Shown here piece by piece: positions 47,943 through 57,760 of a stretch of DNA of 64,000 bases. Source of the DNA: a bacterium (GTDB lineage Bacteria; Patescibacteriota; Minisyncoccia; Phycocordibacterales; JAUSHB01); contig JAUSHB010000010.1 in the NCBI GenBank assembly GCA_030648955.1, forward strand, positions 13,556 through 77,555. Direction: 5' to 3'. The position numbers and the translations under genes are program-made. The notes below the pieces were generated by a model, which was not told the origin of the DNA, ran no database searches, and saw only the letters and a program-made list of their open reading frames with translations. The stretch's first letter is position 1. Each line of letters begins with the position of its first letter.

Positions 47943-49263
47943 GAATGGCCTCACCAAAAATGTTACCAGCCAAGGTATCGTGACCTCACGAAAAAGGTTA
48001 CCAAGGATTAGTATTGGTGCATATGAAAATGCATACAAAACATGAAGTAACAAAAGAGATACTACCAAGATATTTAAAGGCCAGTAAAGACGAAAAGGGG
48101 AAAATTCTAGATGAGTTTGGAGCTATCACGGGATATCATAAAAAATCGGCGATTAGAAAACTACGAGAACTTCAAATGACTCCGCATAGTAAGGAAGGCA
48201 TAGCGGGGAAACATACGAGAAATCGTGAAAGAAAATACGACGGGTATGTCGAGGTTGTTGTGGAACAACTATATGAAGCTTTGGGTGGTATCGGTTCAAG
48301 AAGAATATATCCCTTACTTGAGACAATGATTGATAAAGGAATTGAGTTTGGACATATTAAAACTGATCCGATAACAGAAATGAAAGTTCGCGTCATGAGC
48401 AAAAGCACTCTTGATCGGATGATTACGCGGGTCAGAGAAAGAAATGCCATCAAAGGTATTTCAACGACCAGGCCGGGAACACTGTTGAAAAGCGAGATAC
48501 CGCTTCGGGTCGGCGTGTGGGAAGAAACAGATCCCGGGTTTTCCGAGATTGATCTGGTTGCTCACTGCGGAGACAGTGGTGCTGGAATGTTCATTTCGAC
48601 CTTAAATACCACGGATATTGCGACAGCTTGGTTTGAGGCGGAAGCTGTCATGGGTAAAGCTCAAGAACGCGTATTGGACGGTATGCGAGAGATTGAAGCG
48701 AGACTGCCTTTTACTCTCGCCGGTATCGATTCCGACAATGGATCAGAATTCATCAATCGTCAGTTGTATGGATATTGTTTAAAAAACAAAATCATTTTTA
48801 CCAGATCAAGGCCGTACAAGAAAAATGACAATGCACATATCGAGCAGAAGAATTATACGACCGTCAGACAAGTATTGGGATACCAAAGATTTGATACTGA
48901 AGAAGTACTTAAGCTGATGAAAACTTTGTATCGCGGACCGCTTCGATTGTACATTAATTTTTTTCAGCCTTCAGTAAAATGTGTGAAGAAAACAAGAATC
49001 GGTTCGAGAATCAAGAAAATATATGATGTGGCTAAAACTCCGTATGAACGAGTGCTTGCTCATCCAAAGATATCACAGAAAACAAAAGAGACGCTTACGC
49101 GTCTCTTTAAGAGTCTTGATCCATTCGAACTAAGAAAAGAAATTGATGTCTTGGTTAGAGAAATTCAAAAGCGCGGACGATGGCATTTGTGATATACTTT
49201 TTGCATTAAAAGTTAATCGCGCCCAGATTAATCCTCGGTAACATTCTTAGATGAGGTCATGCG
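47943..49263 (+). mobile_element. insertion sequence 2: single-ORF rve-type DDE transposase (48014..49192) with imperfect terminal inverted repeats
   Basis: Transposase of 392 aa with an N-terminal HTH and DDE residues in DLVAHCG / IDSDNGSEF / NAHIEQKN. The left end 47975-48010 (CGTGACCTCACGAAAAAGGTTACCAAGGATTAGTATTGG) matches the reverse complement of 49223-49263 (CGCATGACCTCATCTAAGAATGTTACCGAGGATTAATCTGG). The left end carries two subterminal direct repeats. Confidence 0.75.
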
Positions 49264-49374
49264 TCCCCCTTCATACAGCTCTACCCTTATGATCTGACAA
49301 GAAGTGAGAGTGACTTAGAACCTGCCTAAAATCTCACCGCACAGTAACCCAATACATACAATGCTTGTCGTCCG

Positions 49375-51801
49375 CTATATAACAATACTCACGAGTTTCC
49401 CTTTCACATAGATTACTTTTTTGATATCCTTCCCTTCTGTCCACTTTCGCACGCTCTCCTCGGTTAATGCATGCGCCCTTGCGTCATCCTCGGAAATTCC
49501 CGTGGGGGTAATAAAACTTCCCCGTACCTTGCCGTTAACTTGAATCATGATCGTCACCGATTTTTCTCGTATTTTCGCCTCATCCCACTTGGGCCACGGT
49601 TCAATGTGGATCGACTTCTTGTGCCCTAGTGTCTCCCAAAGCTCTTCGGTCACATGGGGCGCGAATGGAGCAAGAAGGAGGAGGAGTGTCCCAAACTGAT
49701 TTTTCGAAGGCTTCGCTTTCTCTATGCCATTAATAAAAATCATGAGTGCTGAAACTGCCGTATTGAGACTGAATAATTCAATATCTTCTGTGATTTTTTT
49801 TATTGTTTTATGGGTAAGCGCTTCAAGGGTGACATCATCAACAAGAGCAAGTTTCTCTGTAAGCCGCCAGACTTTTTCCAAAAATCTCCGCGGTCCGATA
49901 ATGCTTTCCGTGCTCCATGAGACAGATTGGTTGAACGGCCCCATGAACATCTCGTACAAACGAAGCGTATCGGCGCCATAGGTCGCCACGATATCATCCG
50001 GGTTCACCACATTGCCATAGCGTTTACTCATTTTACGTCCGTCTTCCGCCTGAATGATTCCCACATTTTGAAGACGTGAAAATGGTTCCACATAGTTCAC
50101 TGCTCCAGTATCATAAAGAAACTTATGCCAAAAGCGCGCGTAGATAAGATGGCGTGTCGCGTGCTCCGCTCCGCCGACATACATATCAACCGGCGACCAG
50201 TATTTTTCTTTTTTCTTGTCAACAAGCGCTTTTTTATTTTTCGGATCGACATAGCGAAGGTAATACCACGAAGACCCTGCCCATTGCGGCATCGTGTTTG
50301 TCTCTCGCTTCGCGGGACCTTTACATGTGGGACATTTTACGTTGACCCATTTAGAAATCCCCGCAAGTGGTGATTCCCCTGTTCCCGTTGGTTCGTATGA
50401 TTTAACATTAGGAAGCTTAACAGGAAGATCTTTTTCTGGAACTGCAACAACACCACATTTCTTGCAGTGAATAAGCGGAATCGGCTCGCCCCAATAGCGC
50501 TGACGAGAGAATACCCAGTCTTTTAACTTATATTGGGTATTTCTTACTCCCCACTTATGACTTTCTATATAATTTGCAATATCGCTCCTTGCTTCATCTG
50601 GTCTTCTGCCTTTAAATTCTTTTGGTTCAAGAATAATTGAATGTTTAAAATCAGAAAAACAAATCTCATAATTCTCTACTTTACTTTGTAGTGTTTCGTC
50701 GTCAGGAAGCAGTACTGTTATAAGATTGATTCCATACTTCTTTGCAAAAGCAAAATCACGATTATCATGCGCGGAACATTTTACAATACCTGTGCCATAA
50801 TCGGCTAAAGCATAACTACTCACCCAAAGAGGAAGGTCTCGTTTGGTTATAGGGTCCTCAAGATAAACACCCGTAAAAACACCTTCGCATATTTCGTCTG
50901 TCTTAAAACCAGCACTACTGCGAAGTGCTGTAATTTTTTCTGCATTTTCAATAATTTCATTTTTTTCAGGAATATCTGATAGAAGTTCGGGTAAAAGTTT
51001 ATGATCAGAGGCAATTACAGCAAAAGTATCTGCAAAAAAAGCTTCGTAGTGAGTCGAATATGTTTCTATGTATTTATCTTTCCCTTTTACTTTAAGTTTA
51101 TATTTAACGCCATAATTTCTTCCGATCCAATTGCGTTGAGACTCTTTGATCGATTCCGGCCAGTTAAGCATGTCTAGGTCTTTGAGCAAGCGGTCAGCAT
51201 ATTTAGTGATGCGAAGCACCCACTGTCGCACAGGTTTTTTCTCCACGACCGTGCCGCATCGCTCACACCGATCTCCCTCAAGATCTTCATTGGCAAGGCC
51301 TGTCTGACACGATGGACACCAATTGATCGGCTCGTGCGATTCATACGCAAGCCCTTTTTTGAACATCTGTAAAAATGTCCACTGTGTCCATCGATAATAT
51401 TCCGAGTCAGTGGTATTGATCTCTCGTTCCCAATCGTAACTAAATCCAATGATAGAAAGCTGCTCTTTGTAGCGTTTGGTATTTTTTAAAACGGCCACGC
51501 GAGGGTGAGTCTTGGTTTTGATCGCGTATTGTTCCGCGGGAAGTCCGAATGCATCCCAACCCATTGGATGCAACACGCTAAAATTGTTCATTCTTTTGAA
51601 CCGCGCGTAGATATCCGTTGCGATATATCCCTTGGGATGCCCAACATGAAGACCTTCGCCTGATGGATATGGAAACATGTCAAGAACATAACACTTTTTC
51701 TTTTTTGTGTCCGTGCGTGTTTTATAGAGTTTCTTTTTTGCCCACTCCTTTTGCCACTTTTTCTCAATCTTTTTGTGGTCGTATGATTTATTTTTCTTCA
51801 T
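49375..51801 (-). CDS. leuS: leucine--tRNA ligase
   Basis: HIGH motif (HVGHPKGY) and KMSKS motif (KMSKRYGN); 808 aa with editing and anticodon-binding domains. Confidence 0.95.
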   Translation of the reverse strand: MKKNKSYDHKKIEKKWQKEWAKKKLYKTRTDTKKKKCYVLDMFPYPSGEGLHVGHPKGYIATDIYARFKRMNNFSVLHPMGWDAFGLPAEQYAIKTKTHPRVAVLKNTKRYKEQLSIIGFSYDWEREINTTDSEYYRWTQWTFLQMFKKGLAYESHEPINWCPSCQTGLANEDLEGDRCERCGTVVEKKPVRQWVLRITKYADRLLKDLDMLNWPESIKESQRNWIGRNYGVKYKLKVKGKDKYIETYSTHYEAFFADTFAVIASDHKLLPELLSDIPEKNEIIENAEKITALRSSAGFKTDEICEGVFTGVYLEDPITKRDLPLWVSSYALADYGTGIVKCSAHDNRDFAFAKKYGINLITVLLPDDETLQSKVENYEICFSDFKHSIILEPKEFKGRRPDEARSDIANYIESHKWGVRNTQYKLKDWVFSRQRYWGEPIPLIHCKKCGVVAVPEKDLPVKLPNVKSYEPTGTGESPLAGISKWVNVKCPTCKGPAKRETNTMPQWAGSSWYYLRYVDPKNKKALVDKKKEKYWSPVDMYVGGAEHATRHLIYARFWHKFLYDTGAVNYVEPFSRLQNVGIIQAEDGRKMSKRYGNVVNPDDIVATYGADTLRLYEMFMGPFNQSVSWSTESIIGPRRFLEKVWRLTEKLALVDDVTLEALTHKTIKKITEDIELFSLNTAVSALMIFINGIEKAKPSKNQFGTLLLLLAPFAPHVTEELWETLGHKKSIHIEPWPKWDEAKIREKSVTIMIQVNGKVRGSFITPTGISEDDARAHALTEESVRKWTEGKDIKKVIYVKGKLVSIVI

Positions 51802-51826
51802 AATATATATGACCCATTCTAACGAA

Positions 51827-51861
51827 AAAGCGCGACGTGCACAATGTGCACGTCGCGCTTT
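51827..51861. terminator. perfect 17-bp palindrome AAAGCGCGACGTGCACA-A-TGTGCACGTCGCGCTTT
   Basis: Located between the 51874 stop and the leuS start, and flanked by A/T runs. Confidence 0.7.
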
Positions 51862-51873
51862 AAAACAAAAAGA

Positions 51874-52839
51874 TTACTTTTTTTTCAGTGATGGGTAGAG
51901 TTCGGGGTCAATCGTACGGTCAAAGCATGTTTTCCCAACACCGTGTTGCCAATTTTCATCAAGGCCATTCCCGTATCCCTTGGCTGGAATTGGCATAGGA
52001 ACCGGGCGAGAAGTTTCGTAAGACACTTGACCGCCTTGGTTTGAGGCGCCAAAGGTAGCACAGAGTTTAAATGCATTCTTCCCCGTAGTTTCATATCCAT
52101 ACGCCTCCCCAGAAACAGGGTCCGTCGGAACAATAAACCCACCGATGGGATCATGAAGTTGATCGAGTGTCTCTGGTAATTTCTCTTTTTGCTGCCAGTA
52201 ATTAACAATTTGCCATTGGATACTGCTCAGTGCTTGGACTCGTTGATCATCAAGCCGAACCAGACGTTGTGCTTGGGGGGATCCCATCACCATAAAACCA
52301 ACAACAATTGAGACAAGGATGAACAATGTGGATCCCCAAACAAAATACCTACGACCCTTTTCTTGAGTAAACTTCCCATGAATATCTGACATGTAATACC
52401 CAAAAATAGAACCAATCACTGCCAGCACGACGAGTACTTTGAGAATAAAGCGCGTAGTAATTTCTCCCCCGAGAAATGTATTGATGAGCACGATAAGATC
52501 TACCGCGATAATTACACTTGCGATAAATAAGGTGAGGAACGTGAGCCATTTACGAACCGAGAGTTCCTTTTTCTCTGGGTTTTTTTCAATATCACGATTG
52601 AGGATCCATGAAAACAAAATATGGAGCGGGAAAATAATAACAAGTGAAGCAATAGTCCATCGAATGGTTGAAGAATATGGATCGATATACATCTGCAACG
52701 GATCAGGGAACACGCGATTAATTACCTCAAATAAGAGGTTGAGGATACTCACCACACTCACATACAGTGTTGCAATCACGGCGAGATTAAGAAAAAAATC
52801 TTTAGGAGTTGTTTTTGGTTTTTGTATTGGTGTTTCCAT
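51874..52839 (-). CDS. multi-TM membrane protein with a C-terminal soluble domain (hypothetical)
   Basis: 321 aa with about 5 TM segments. Confidence 0.5.
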   Translation of the reverse strand: METPIQKPKTTPKDFFLNLAVIATLYVSVVSILNLLFEVINRVFPDPLQMYIDPYSSTIRWTIASLVIIFPLHILFSWILNRDIEKNPEKKELSVRKWLTFLTLFIASVIIAVDLIVLINTFLGGEITTRFILKVLVVLAVIGSIFGYYMSDIHGKFTQEKGRRYFVWGSTLFILVSIVVGFMVMGSPQAQRLVRLDDQRVQALSSIQWQIVNYWQQKEKLPETLDQLHDPIGGFIVPTDPVSGEAYGYETTGKNAFKLCATFGASNQGGQVSYETSRPVPMPIPAKGYGNGLDENWQHGVGKTCFDRTIDPELYPSLKKK

Positions 52840-52898
52840 AATTAAGAATTATACAAAAATTAAGCCCCCATGTCCATGGGGGCTTAACGCAATAGTTA

Positions 52899-53405
52899 TT
52901 AATCCTGTGATAATGTTTTTGCGATACGTTTGGAGGTTCTCTCCCTACTGTGAGACCTCGCCTGTTCTAAAGCAGATATTGCTTTCGAGGCAAGATAGCC
53001 ATCCTCGTTGAAAAAACCTTGCTCAACAAGTAATGGATCAATTTTACCCCCATAACGTAGCGGATCTTCCATAAAGTCACTTACAGTAAAACAAAATGAT
53101 AATGTGACTTTTCGAGGACACGTCGAGACATATTTTCCATAATCTCGATACGCACATGCCCGATCATGATTATCATAATTACTTTCAAGAAATGATGAGA
53201 GTCGTACATCGATGAATCGAGATTCATCGCTTGAAAAATACTTACGCCCCTTTGGTGTTAAATGTCCTTTCTTATTTGAAAGCCCTTTTTGTAAAAGTGC
53301 TTTCAAAATTTCGGGTTCATTCCCAGTATAGCGATTGGGATCAAGGTTAAGATCTTTATCAGGAAATGTCAGTATAACGTCAAATTCCACTGTATCTGGT
53401 GGCAT
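52899..53405 (-). CDS. hypothetical protein
   Basis: 168 aa with no recognised motif. Two palindromes lie upstream: TAGTGTA-N5-TACACTA at 53488-53508 and ATTATATAGG-GTAAT-CCTATATAAT at 53528-53552. Confidence 0.4.
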   Translation of the reverse strand: MPPDTVEFDVILTFPDKDLNLDPNRYTGNEPEILKALLQKGLSNKKGHLTPKGRKYFSSDESRFIDVRLSSFLESNYDNHDRACAYRDYGKYVSTCPRKVTLSFCFTVSDFMEDPLRYGGKIDPLLVEQGFFNEDGYLASKAISALEQARSHSRERTSKRIAKTLSQD

Positions 53406-53562
53406 GATGATTCACCTCGCTCGTAAATTGAGTTTTGAAGAACTAAACTACTATCGAAAACTTACCATAAGAATTACTGGTGAGCAAGGTTAGTGTATGT
53501 AATACACTAAAATTCAATCAACTTTCAGATTATATAGGGTAATCCTATATAATTCAAGATTC

Positions 53563-54663
53563 TTAGATCTTAAATTCTACCACATCGCCATCTTTAACAA
53601 CATATTCCTTCCCTTCCGTCCGTACAAGCCCTTTTTCGCGAGCTTTTGCGTAGGAACCGACGCCTAAAAGGTCTTGCCAAAATATGACTTCTGCGCGGAT
53701 AAACTTGTCCTTAAAATCATTATGAATCGCGGTTCCAGCAACGGGCGCTGTGGAATCCTTTTTGATCGTCCATCCGCGTGTTTCATCTTCTCCTGTCGTG
53801 AAGTATGTGATGAGTCCCAACATCTCATATCCTTTTTTAATAAGCTCGTTAATTCCCGAACCGTCCTTGACACCCAATTCTTTTTTAAACTCCTCGCGTT
53901 CCATGCCAGTAATCCCCGAGAGTTCTTGTTCAACTTTTGCGTCAATCACTACCCATGAGGCGTTCATCCCGTTGAGAAAATCAGTAAGTTTTTTGAATCG
54001 CTCGTCTTGCATCTCATCAAGATTTTTCCCGCCAGCTTTTTTATTGAGTGCGTAAAGAATTGGCTTCGTGGTAAGAAAGTTGAGGCTTTTGACGGCATTT
54101 TTTTCATCATCAGTAAGAATTGCGGATGACGCGAGCTTGCCTTCTGTTAATACTTTGTCCAGTTTTTCCAAAACCGCCTTTTCGGCGACTGCAACTTTGT
54201 CTCCCCGCTTTGCATCCTTTTCAACACTCCCGAGTCGTTTGGTAACGGTCTGTAAATCTGCAAGAACAAGTTCGAGATTGATCACTTCGATATCATCCAC
54301 AGGGTCTACACGGTTGCTTACATGAATCACGTTATCGTCTTCAAAAATCCGCACAACCTCAAGTATCGCGTCCGTCTCGCGAATGTTCGTAAGAAATTTA
54401 TTTCCCAACCCCTCGCCTTCAGAAGCGCCTTTCACGAGTCCTGCAATATCCACAAACTCAACTGCCGCCGGAACTGTTTTTGCGGATTGTGAAAATTCAG
54501 ATAATTTTCCAAGACGCTCATCGGGTACACCAACAACACCTACCGACGGATCGATGGTGCAGAATGGATAGTTCTCCGCGGGAACGGATTTTTCCGTCAA
54601 CGCGTTAAATAGTGTAGACTTTCCGACATTCGGTAAACCAACAATTCCTATAGATAACGACAT
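53563..54663 (-). CDS. ychF: ribosome-binding ATPase YchF (Obg-family GTPase fold with TGS domain)
   Basis: GIVGLPNVGKSTLFNALT and a C-terminal TGS domain (...KDGDVVEFKI). Confidence 0.9.
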   Translation of the reverse strand: MSLSIGIVGLPNVGKSTLFNALTEKSVPAENYPFCTIDPSVGVVGVPDERLGKLSEFSQSAKTVPAAVEFVDIAGLVKGASEGEGLGNKFLTNIRETDAILEVVRIFEDDNVIHVSNRVDPVDDIEVINLELVLADLQTVTKRLGSVEKDAKRGDKVAVAEKAVLEKLDKVLTEGKLASSAILTDDEKNAVKSLNFLTTKPILYALNKKAGGKNLDEMQDERFKKLTDFLNGMNASWVVIDAKVEQELSGITGMEREEFKKELGVKDGSGINELIKKGYEMLGLITYFTTGEDETRGWTIKKDSTAPVAGTAIHNDFKDKFIRAEVIFWQDLLGVGSYAKAREKGLVRTEGKEYVVKDGDVVEFKI

Positions 54664-54873
54664 AATAAATGCGATGAAATAAAGTATTAGATTACCACTA
54701 CTCGCCCCGTAGTCAGCTTTGCTGTACTACTGGGGCCCACATTGGGAAGCCCTACGATGCCGATAGATAAAGACATGAGTGATTATGATTATGGCGACAC
54801 GAAATAACTAGTTTACCACAACACTAACCCCCGTGCCATAAAAAGCACGGGGGTAAAACAAGTACCTATTACT

Positions 54874-55089
54874 TCACTGAAAATCGATTGCTCGATATGG
54901 GCAACATGAGTCACTGGCATTATGCCCCACATTGCCACACACGGAACAAAATTCGACCTTATTGGAAGAGGGCTTCTTCTCTATTTCCCCTCCTTGAACT
55001 TCCCCTACGCCTGCATGAAATACTCCCTCTGCGAAGAAAATTGATGCTGTTGTGTTGCCATTTTGCACAATACTCCGTTGTGTACTCAT
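54874..55089 (-). CDS. possible small Cys-containing protein (71 aa)
   Basis: GGGAGG lies 9 nt upstream of the ATG, and a hairpin CCCCCGTGC-N6-GCACGGGGG sits at 54828-54853 downstream. C-x2-C ... H ... CC motif (CSVCGNVGHNASDSCC). Three overlapping ORFs exist here and the choice rests on the RBS. Confidence 0.3.
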   Translation of the reverse strand: MSTQRSIVQNGNTTASIFFAEGVFHAGVGEVQGGEIEKKPSSNKVEFCSVCGNVGHNASDSCCPYRAIDFQ

Positions 55090-55127
55090 ATGAATATCCT
55101 CCCAGTTGACAAGTTACGACGAGAAAA

Positions 55128-55157
55128 ATGTACTGAAATGTACTGAAATGTACTGTG
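55128..55157. repeat. 10-bp tandem direct repeat ATGTACTGAA x2.8 upstream of the small ORF
   Basis: The helical-turn periodicity is typical of response-regulator (OmpR/PhoB-type) binding sites. Confidence 0.5.
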
Positions 55158-55240
55158 ACTGTTCCCAATCATACAGATACCTTCGTGATAAGAACATGAA
55201 GACACCGAGAACGCCCTTACATTTTTAACTCAAGTTTACG

Positions 55241-55825
55241 TTATATCCCTTTGCGTCCAAAATCGCGAATTTTTTCAATAACAGCTTTTTTCTTTGCATC
55301 GCTCATGCGCGGCAACGGACCAATCGTCGTAAGCCACACAGGGCGAACACCGCAGAACATTAGAATTGCGCGGCGAAGTTCATTGGTGAAATCACCAAAG
55401 AGCATGCGCGTATGAAACGGGTTTGTGTCCATTGTGATGACCACGCGACCACTTTTACCGCGCAAGAGACCATCCCATCCAAAATCAACCTTATGAAACT
55501 TAAAAGAAAATCCGGGAATAAATGCCCGATCAAAAAACCCCTTGAGAAGCGCGGGCATTGTTCCCCACCAGTTAGGGTAGATAACGACAATATGATCAGC
55601 CCATTTAATATCCTCTTGCGCTTTCAAGAGGTCGGGTTCGAGCGCCTGAATCACCTTGTATCCCTTGTGTAAAATCGGATCAAACACAAGATCACCGATA
55701 TTAGTACGCCTGACTTCATGCCCTGCACTTTTAGCACCCTCTTCATAGGCGGATGCAAGGGCTCCCGACATGGTCTCTTTGTCAGGATGACCAACAAGAA
55801 GATAGATTTTTTTTGCCATAATCAA
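55241..55825 (-). CDS. NAD(P)H dehydrogenase (quinone), flavodoxin-like fold (MdaB/YwrO-like)
   Basis: KIYLLVGHPDKETMSGALASAY ... VIYPNWWGTMPALLKGFFDR. Confidence 0.7.
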   Translation of the reverse strand: MIMAKKIYLLVGHPDKETMSGALASAYEEGAKSAGHEVRRTNIGDLVFDPILHKGYKVIQALEPDLLKAQEDIKWADHIVVIYPNWWGTMPALLKGFFDRAFIPGFSFKFHKVDFGWDGLLRGKSGRVVITMDTNPFHTRMLFGDFTNELRRAILMFCGVRPVWLTTIGPLPRMSDAKKKAVIEKIRDFGRKGI

Positions 55826-55895
55826 TTTTTAATGAGTGATACGATAATCGTAGCAAAACTAAAGGTTTTTGCAAATGATATCGAGGAACAACTAA

Positions 55896-56219
55896 TTAGT
55901 GTTTGAAAAATTCATACGTAAAAAATAGGAAAAGCGTGAGCGCGCCGAAAATTAAAGTCCACGCAAGAGCGCGCATGAAGCGGGTGGTACTATCGCTTGT
56001 ATCTATTTTTTTTATAAAAAAATATCCAGAAGTGACCGCAACAAAAAAAATAGTCGCCCATATTCCTTTCCCCACCCAATGGTGGTAATGCGCGTCCTTG
56101 AGAAGTTTTTTAAGCGGTGCATATAGATCGGCGACAATAGTAAGCACGACAATGAAAATTACCGCGGAGATCGCTCCAATAATACATGCGTTTACCAGCT
56201 TTGTTTTTGAAATTTCCAT
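55896..56219 (-). CDS. small membrane protein (hypothetical)
   Basis: 107 aa with 3 TM segments. Confidence 0.4.
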   Translation of the reverse strand: MEISKTKLVNACIIGAISAVIFIVVLTIVADLYAPLKKLLKDAHYHHWVGKGIWATIFFVAVTSGYFFIKKIDTSDSTTRFMRALAWTLIFGALTLFLFFTYEFFKH

Positions 56220-56225
56220 ATATTT

Positions 56226-56684
56226 TTAGCGCACAGCGCCCGATATGATAATGCCGGCTAGTGCGATTAAAAGTCCTAATACAGTTATCGATCCAGCAAG
56301 AAATACGGCCCCTTTTCGTAACCCCTCATTCTGTGATAAATCTTGATTCATTTTCCATATAACGATCAGCAAAGCAAGGGCTGCAAAAGGAAGGAAGAGA
56401 AAAATATGTTCCTTTGCTTCCGTAAAAATTTTGTGCGCCCACGGATACGCTCCGGCAACAATTTTTGGCTTTTGAATATCTCCATAATACACAACGTAAT
56501 AGTAACCCCCTGAAAACCATGAGAAAAGATACGAGAAAAAAGAGATAAGCGAGGATTTCTTGAGGAAGGATACGGATGGAGATTTTTTGATAAGTTCCAA
56601 CCATACCGCATAGGACGCGGCAACAGCTATGATTCCAAGAATCACATGGGCGATCAAGGAAAATGTTAGTAGTGGGGTAATCAT
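56226..56684 (-). CDS. membrane protein (hypothetical)
   Basis: 152 aa with 4 TM segments. Confidence 0.4.
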   Translation of the reverse strand: MITPLLTFSLIAHVILGIIAVAASYAVWLELIKKSPSVSFLKKSSLISFFSYLFSWFSGGYYYVVYYGDIQKPKIVAGAYPWAHKIFTEAKEHIFLFLPFAALALLIVIWKMNQDLSQNEGLRKGAVFLAGSITVLGLLIALAGIIISGAVR

Positions 56685-57184
56685 GCTTTTGCGCTAGAGG
56701 ATTTTCTAATAAGATCCAGAATGATACTTCCCGCAATAACTGCGATCGTATAGTATAGCATCACCTCAAAATATGAATATGACTTCGCATTGGTAAGAAA
56801 AACTCCAACAATCAGAGCTCCATACCATGATACAAAAGAAAATGCACTTCCCCAATAGAGAGAAATTTTATGCGCCTGAAGGAGGAGCGCATTAGCGGCA
56901 ATAACAATGACAATAGTGAGTTTTGCCCAGAGAAGTGGATTATAAAGTTTGAATGCCTGCCCGTTCAGCTGATAGTAAAGAAGAAACCCGAAACCAGAAA
57001 GAAGGGCGAGGATGAGACCCACTCGCACTACTGTGAATGTTGTTTTAAGAAAATCACCTTCTACAGGGTCTACATGACCATCTCTAAGTGATTTGGTAAG
57101 AAAGATTTCAATAAACGTTGCCCCGCCTACACCGAGAACGGTTCCAATGAGATGAACGATGACGAGAAATATATAAATGTCCAT
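56681..57184 (-). CDS. membrane protein (hypothetical)
   Basis: 167 aa with 5 TM segments; its start overlaps the stop of the next gene by 4 nt. Confidence 0.45.
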   Translation of the reverse strand: MDIYIFLVIVHLIGTVLGVGGATFIEIFLTKSLRDGHVDPVEGDFLKTTFTVVRVGLILALLSGFGFLLYYQLNGQAFKLYNPLLWAKLTIVIVIAANALLLQAHKISLYWGSAFSFVSWYGALIVGVFLTNAKSYSYFEVMLYYTIAVIAGSIILDLIRKSSSAKA

Positions 57185-57316
57185 GTTATAAAATCAAAGT
57201 TTAAAAATCAAAGTGCAAAATGGCATTGTAAAATTTAAAATTTTAGAGACCTTTCCCTTTTATTTTGCATTTTTAATTGTCATTTTTAATTTTGATATTT
57301 ACATTTTACATTTTTC
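57185..57316. repeat. AT-rich palindromic element (family copy iii) between copZ and the membrane-protein operon
   Basis: Arm 1 AAAATCAAAGTTTAAAAATCAAAGTGCAAAATGGCATTGTAAAATTTAAAATTTT. Arm 2 TTTTGCATTTTTAATTGTCATTTTTAATTTTGATATTTACATTTTACATTTTT is roughly its reverse complement. Confidence 0.5.
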
Positions 57317-57523
57317 TTACGTCGCCGTATATCCAAGTTCCGCAATCGACTTAATAATAGCATCTTTAGTCACTTTTGCCGAGTCAAACTCTACCTCTCC
57401 TTTCTTTTTATCGTAATCGACAAAGATAGATTTAACGCCATCCATCCCGGATACAAGCATTTGTATGCCAGTCGCGCATGCCCCGCAGTGCATTCCTCCT
57501 ATATCAAGTGTTATTTTTTCCAT
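57317..57523 (-). CDS. copZ: copper chaperone CopZ (HMA domain)
   Basis: MEKITLDIGGMHCGACATGIQ contains the G-M-x-C-x-x-C motif. Confidence 0.8.
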   Translation of the reverse strand: MEKITLDIGGMHCGACATGIQMLVSGMDGVKSIFVDYDKKKGEVEFDSAKVTKDAIIKSIAELGYTAT

Positions 57524-57728
57524 AGTGTTTTTTTAATCAAAAGGGTTGTAATCACATAATCTTACATCTCCCTGCCAACAATTACCAAAATACTCGAGAG
57601 AATTAATTCTTTTACCTCCAAATAAACTGTCATGTTGCCACACCGGCAATAAACTAAGGACGAGGATACTTATTACAATTACGACACCGGACTTCATGCC
57701 CAACACTATATCACTTCTCTATACTACG

Positions 57729-57752
57729 CTCAATCGGCGGGACATAACGCTT
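57729..57752. repeat. 24-bp direct repeat CTCAATCGGCGGGACATAACGCTT (copy 1; copy 2 at 58139..58162 inside the copA 3' end)
   Basis: Exact 24/24 match. The pair brackets a 386-bp low-GC segment carrying ORF 57761..58084. Confidence 0.85.
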
Positions 57753-57760
57753 TTATATTT

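Noticed and set aside
54888-55168. Alternative overlapping ORFs 54888..55109 (+) and 54959..55168 (-)
   Set aside because: Neither has an RBS; the plus-strand ORF starts at TTG. The minus-strand ORF 54874..55089 has GGGAGG at ideal spacing. All three remain low confidence.
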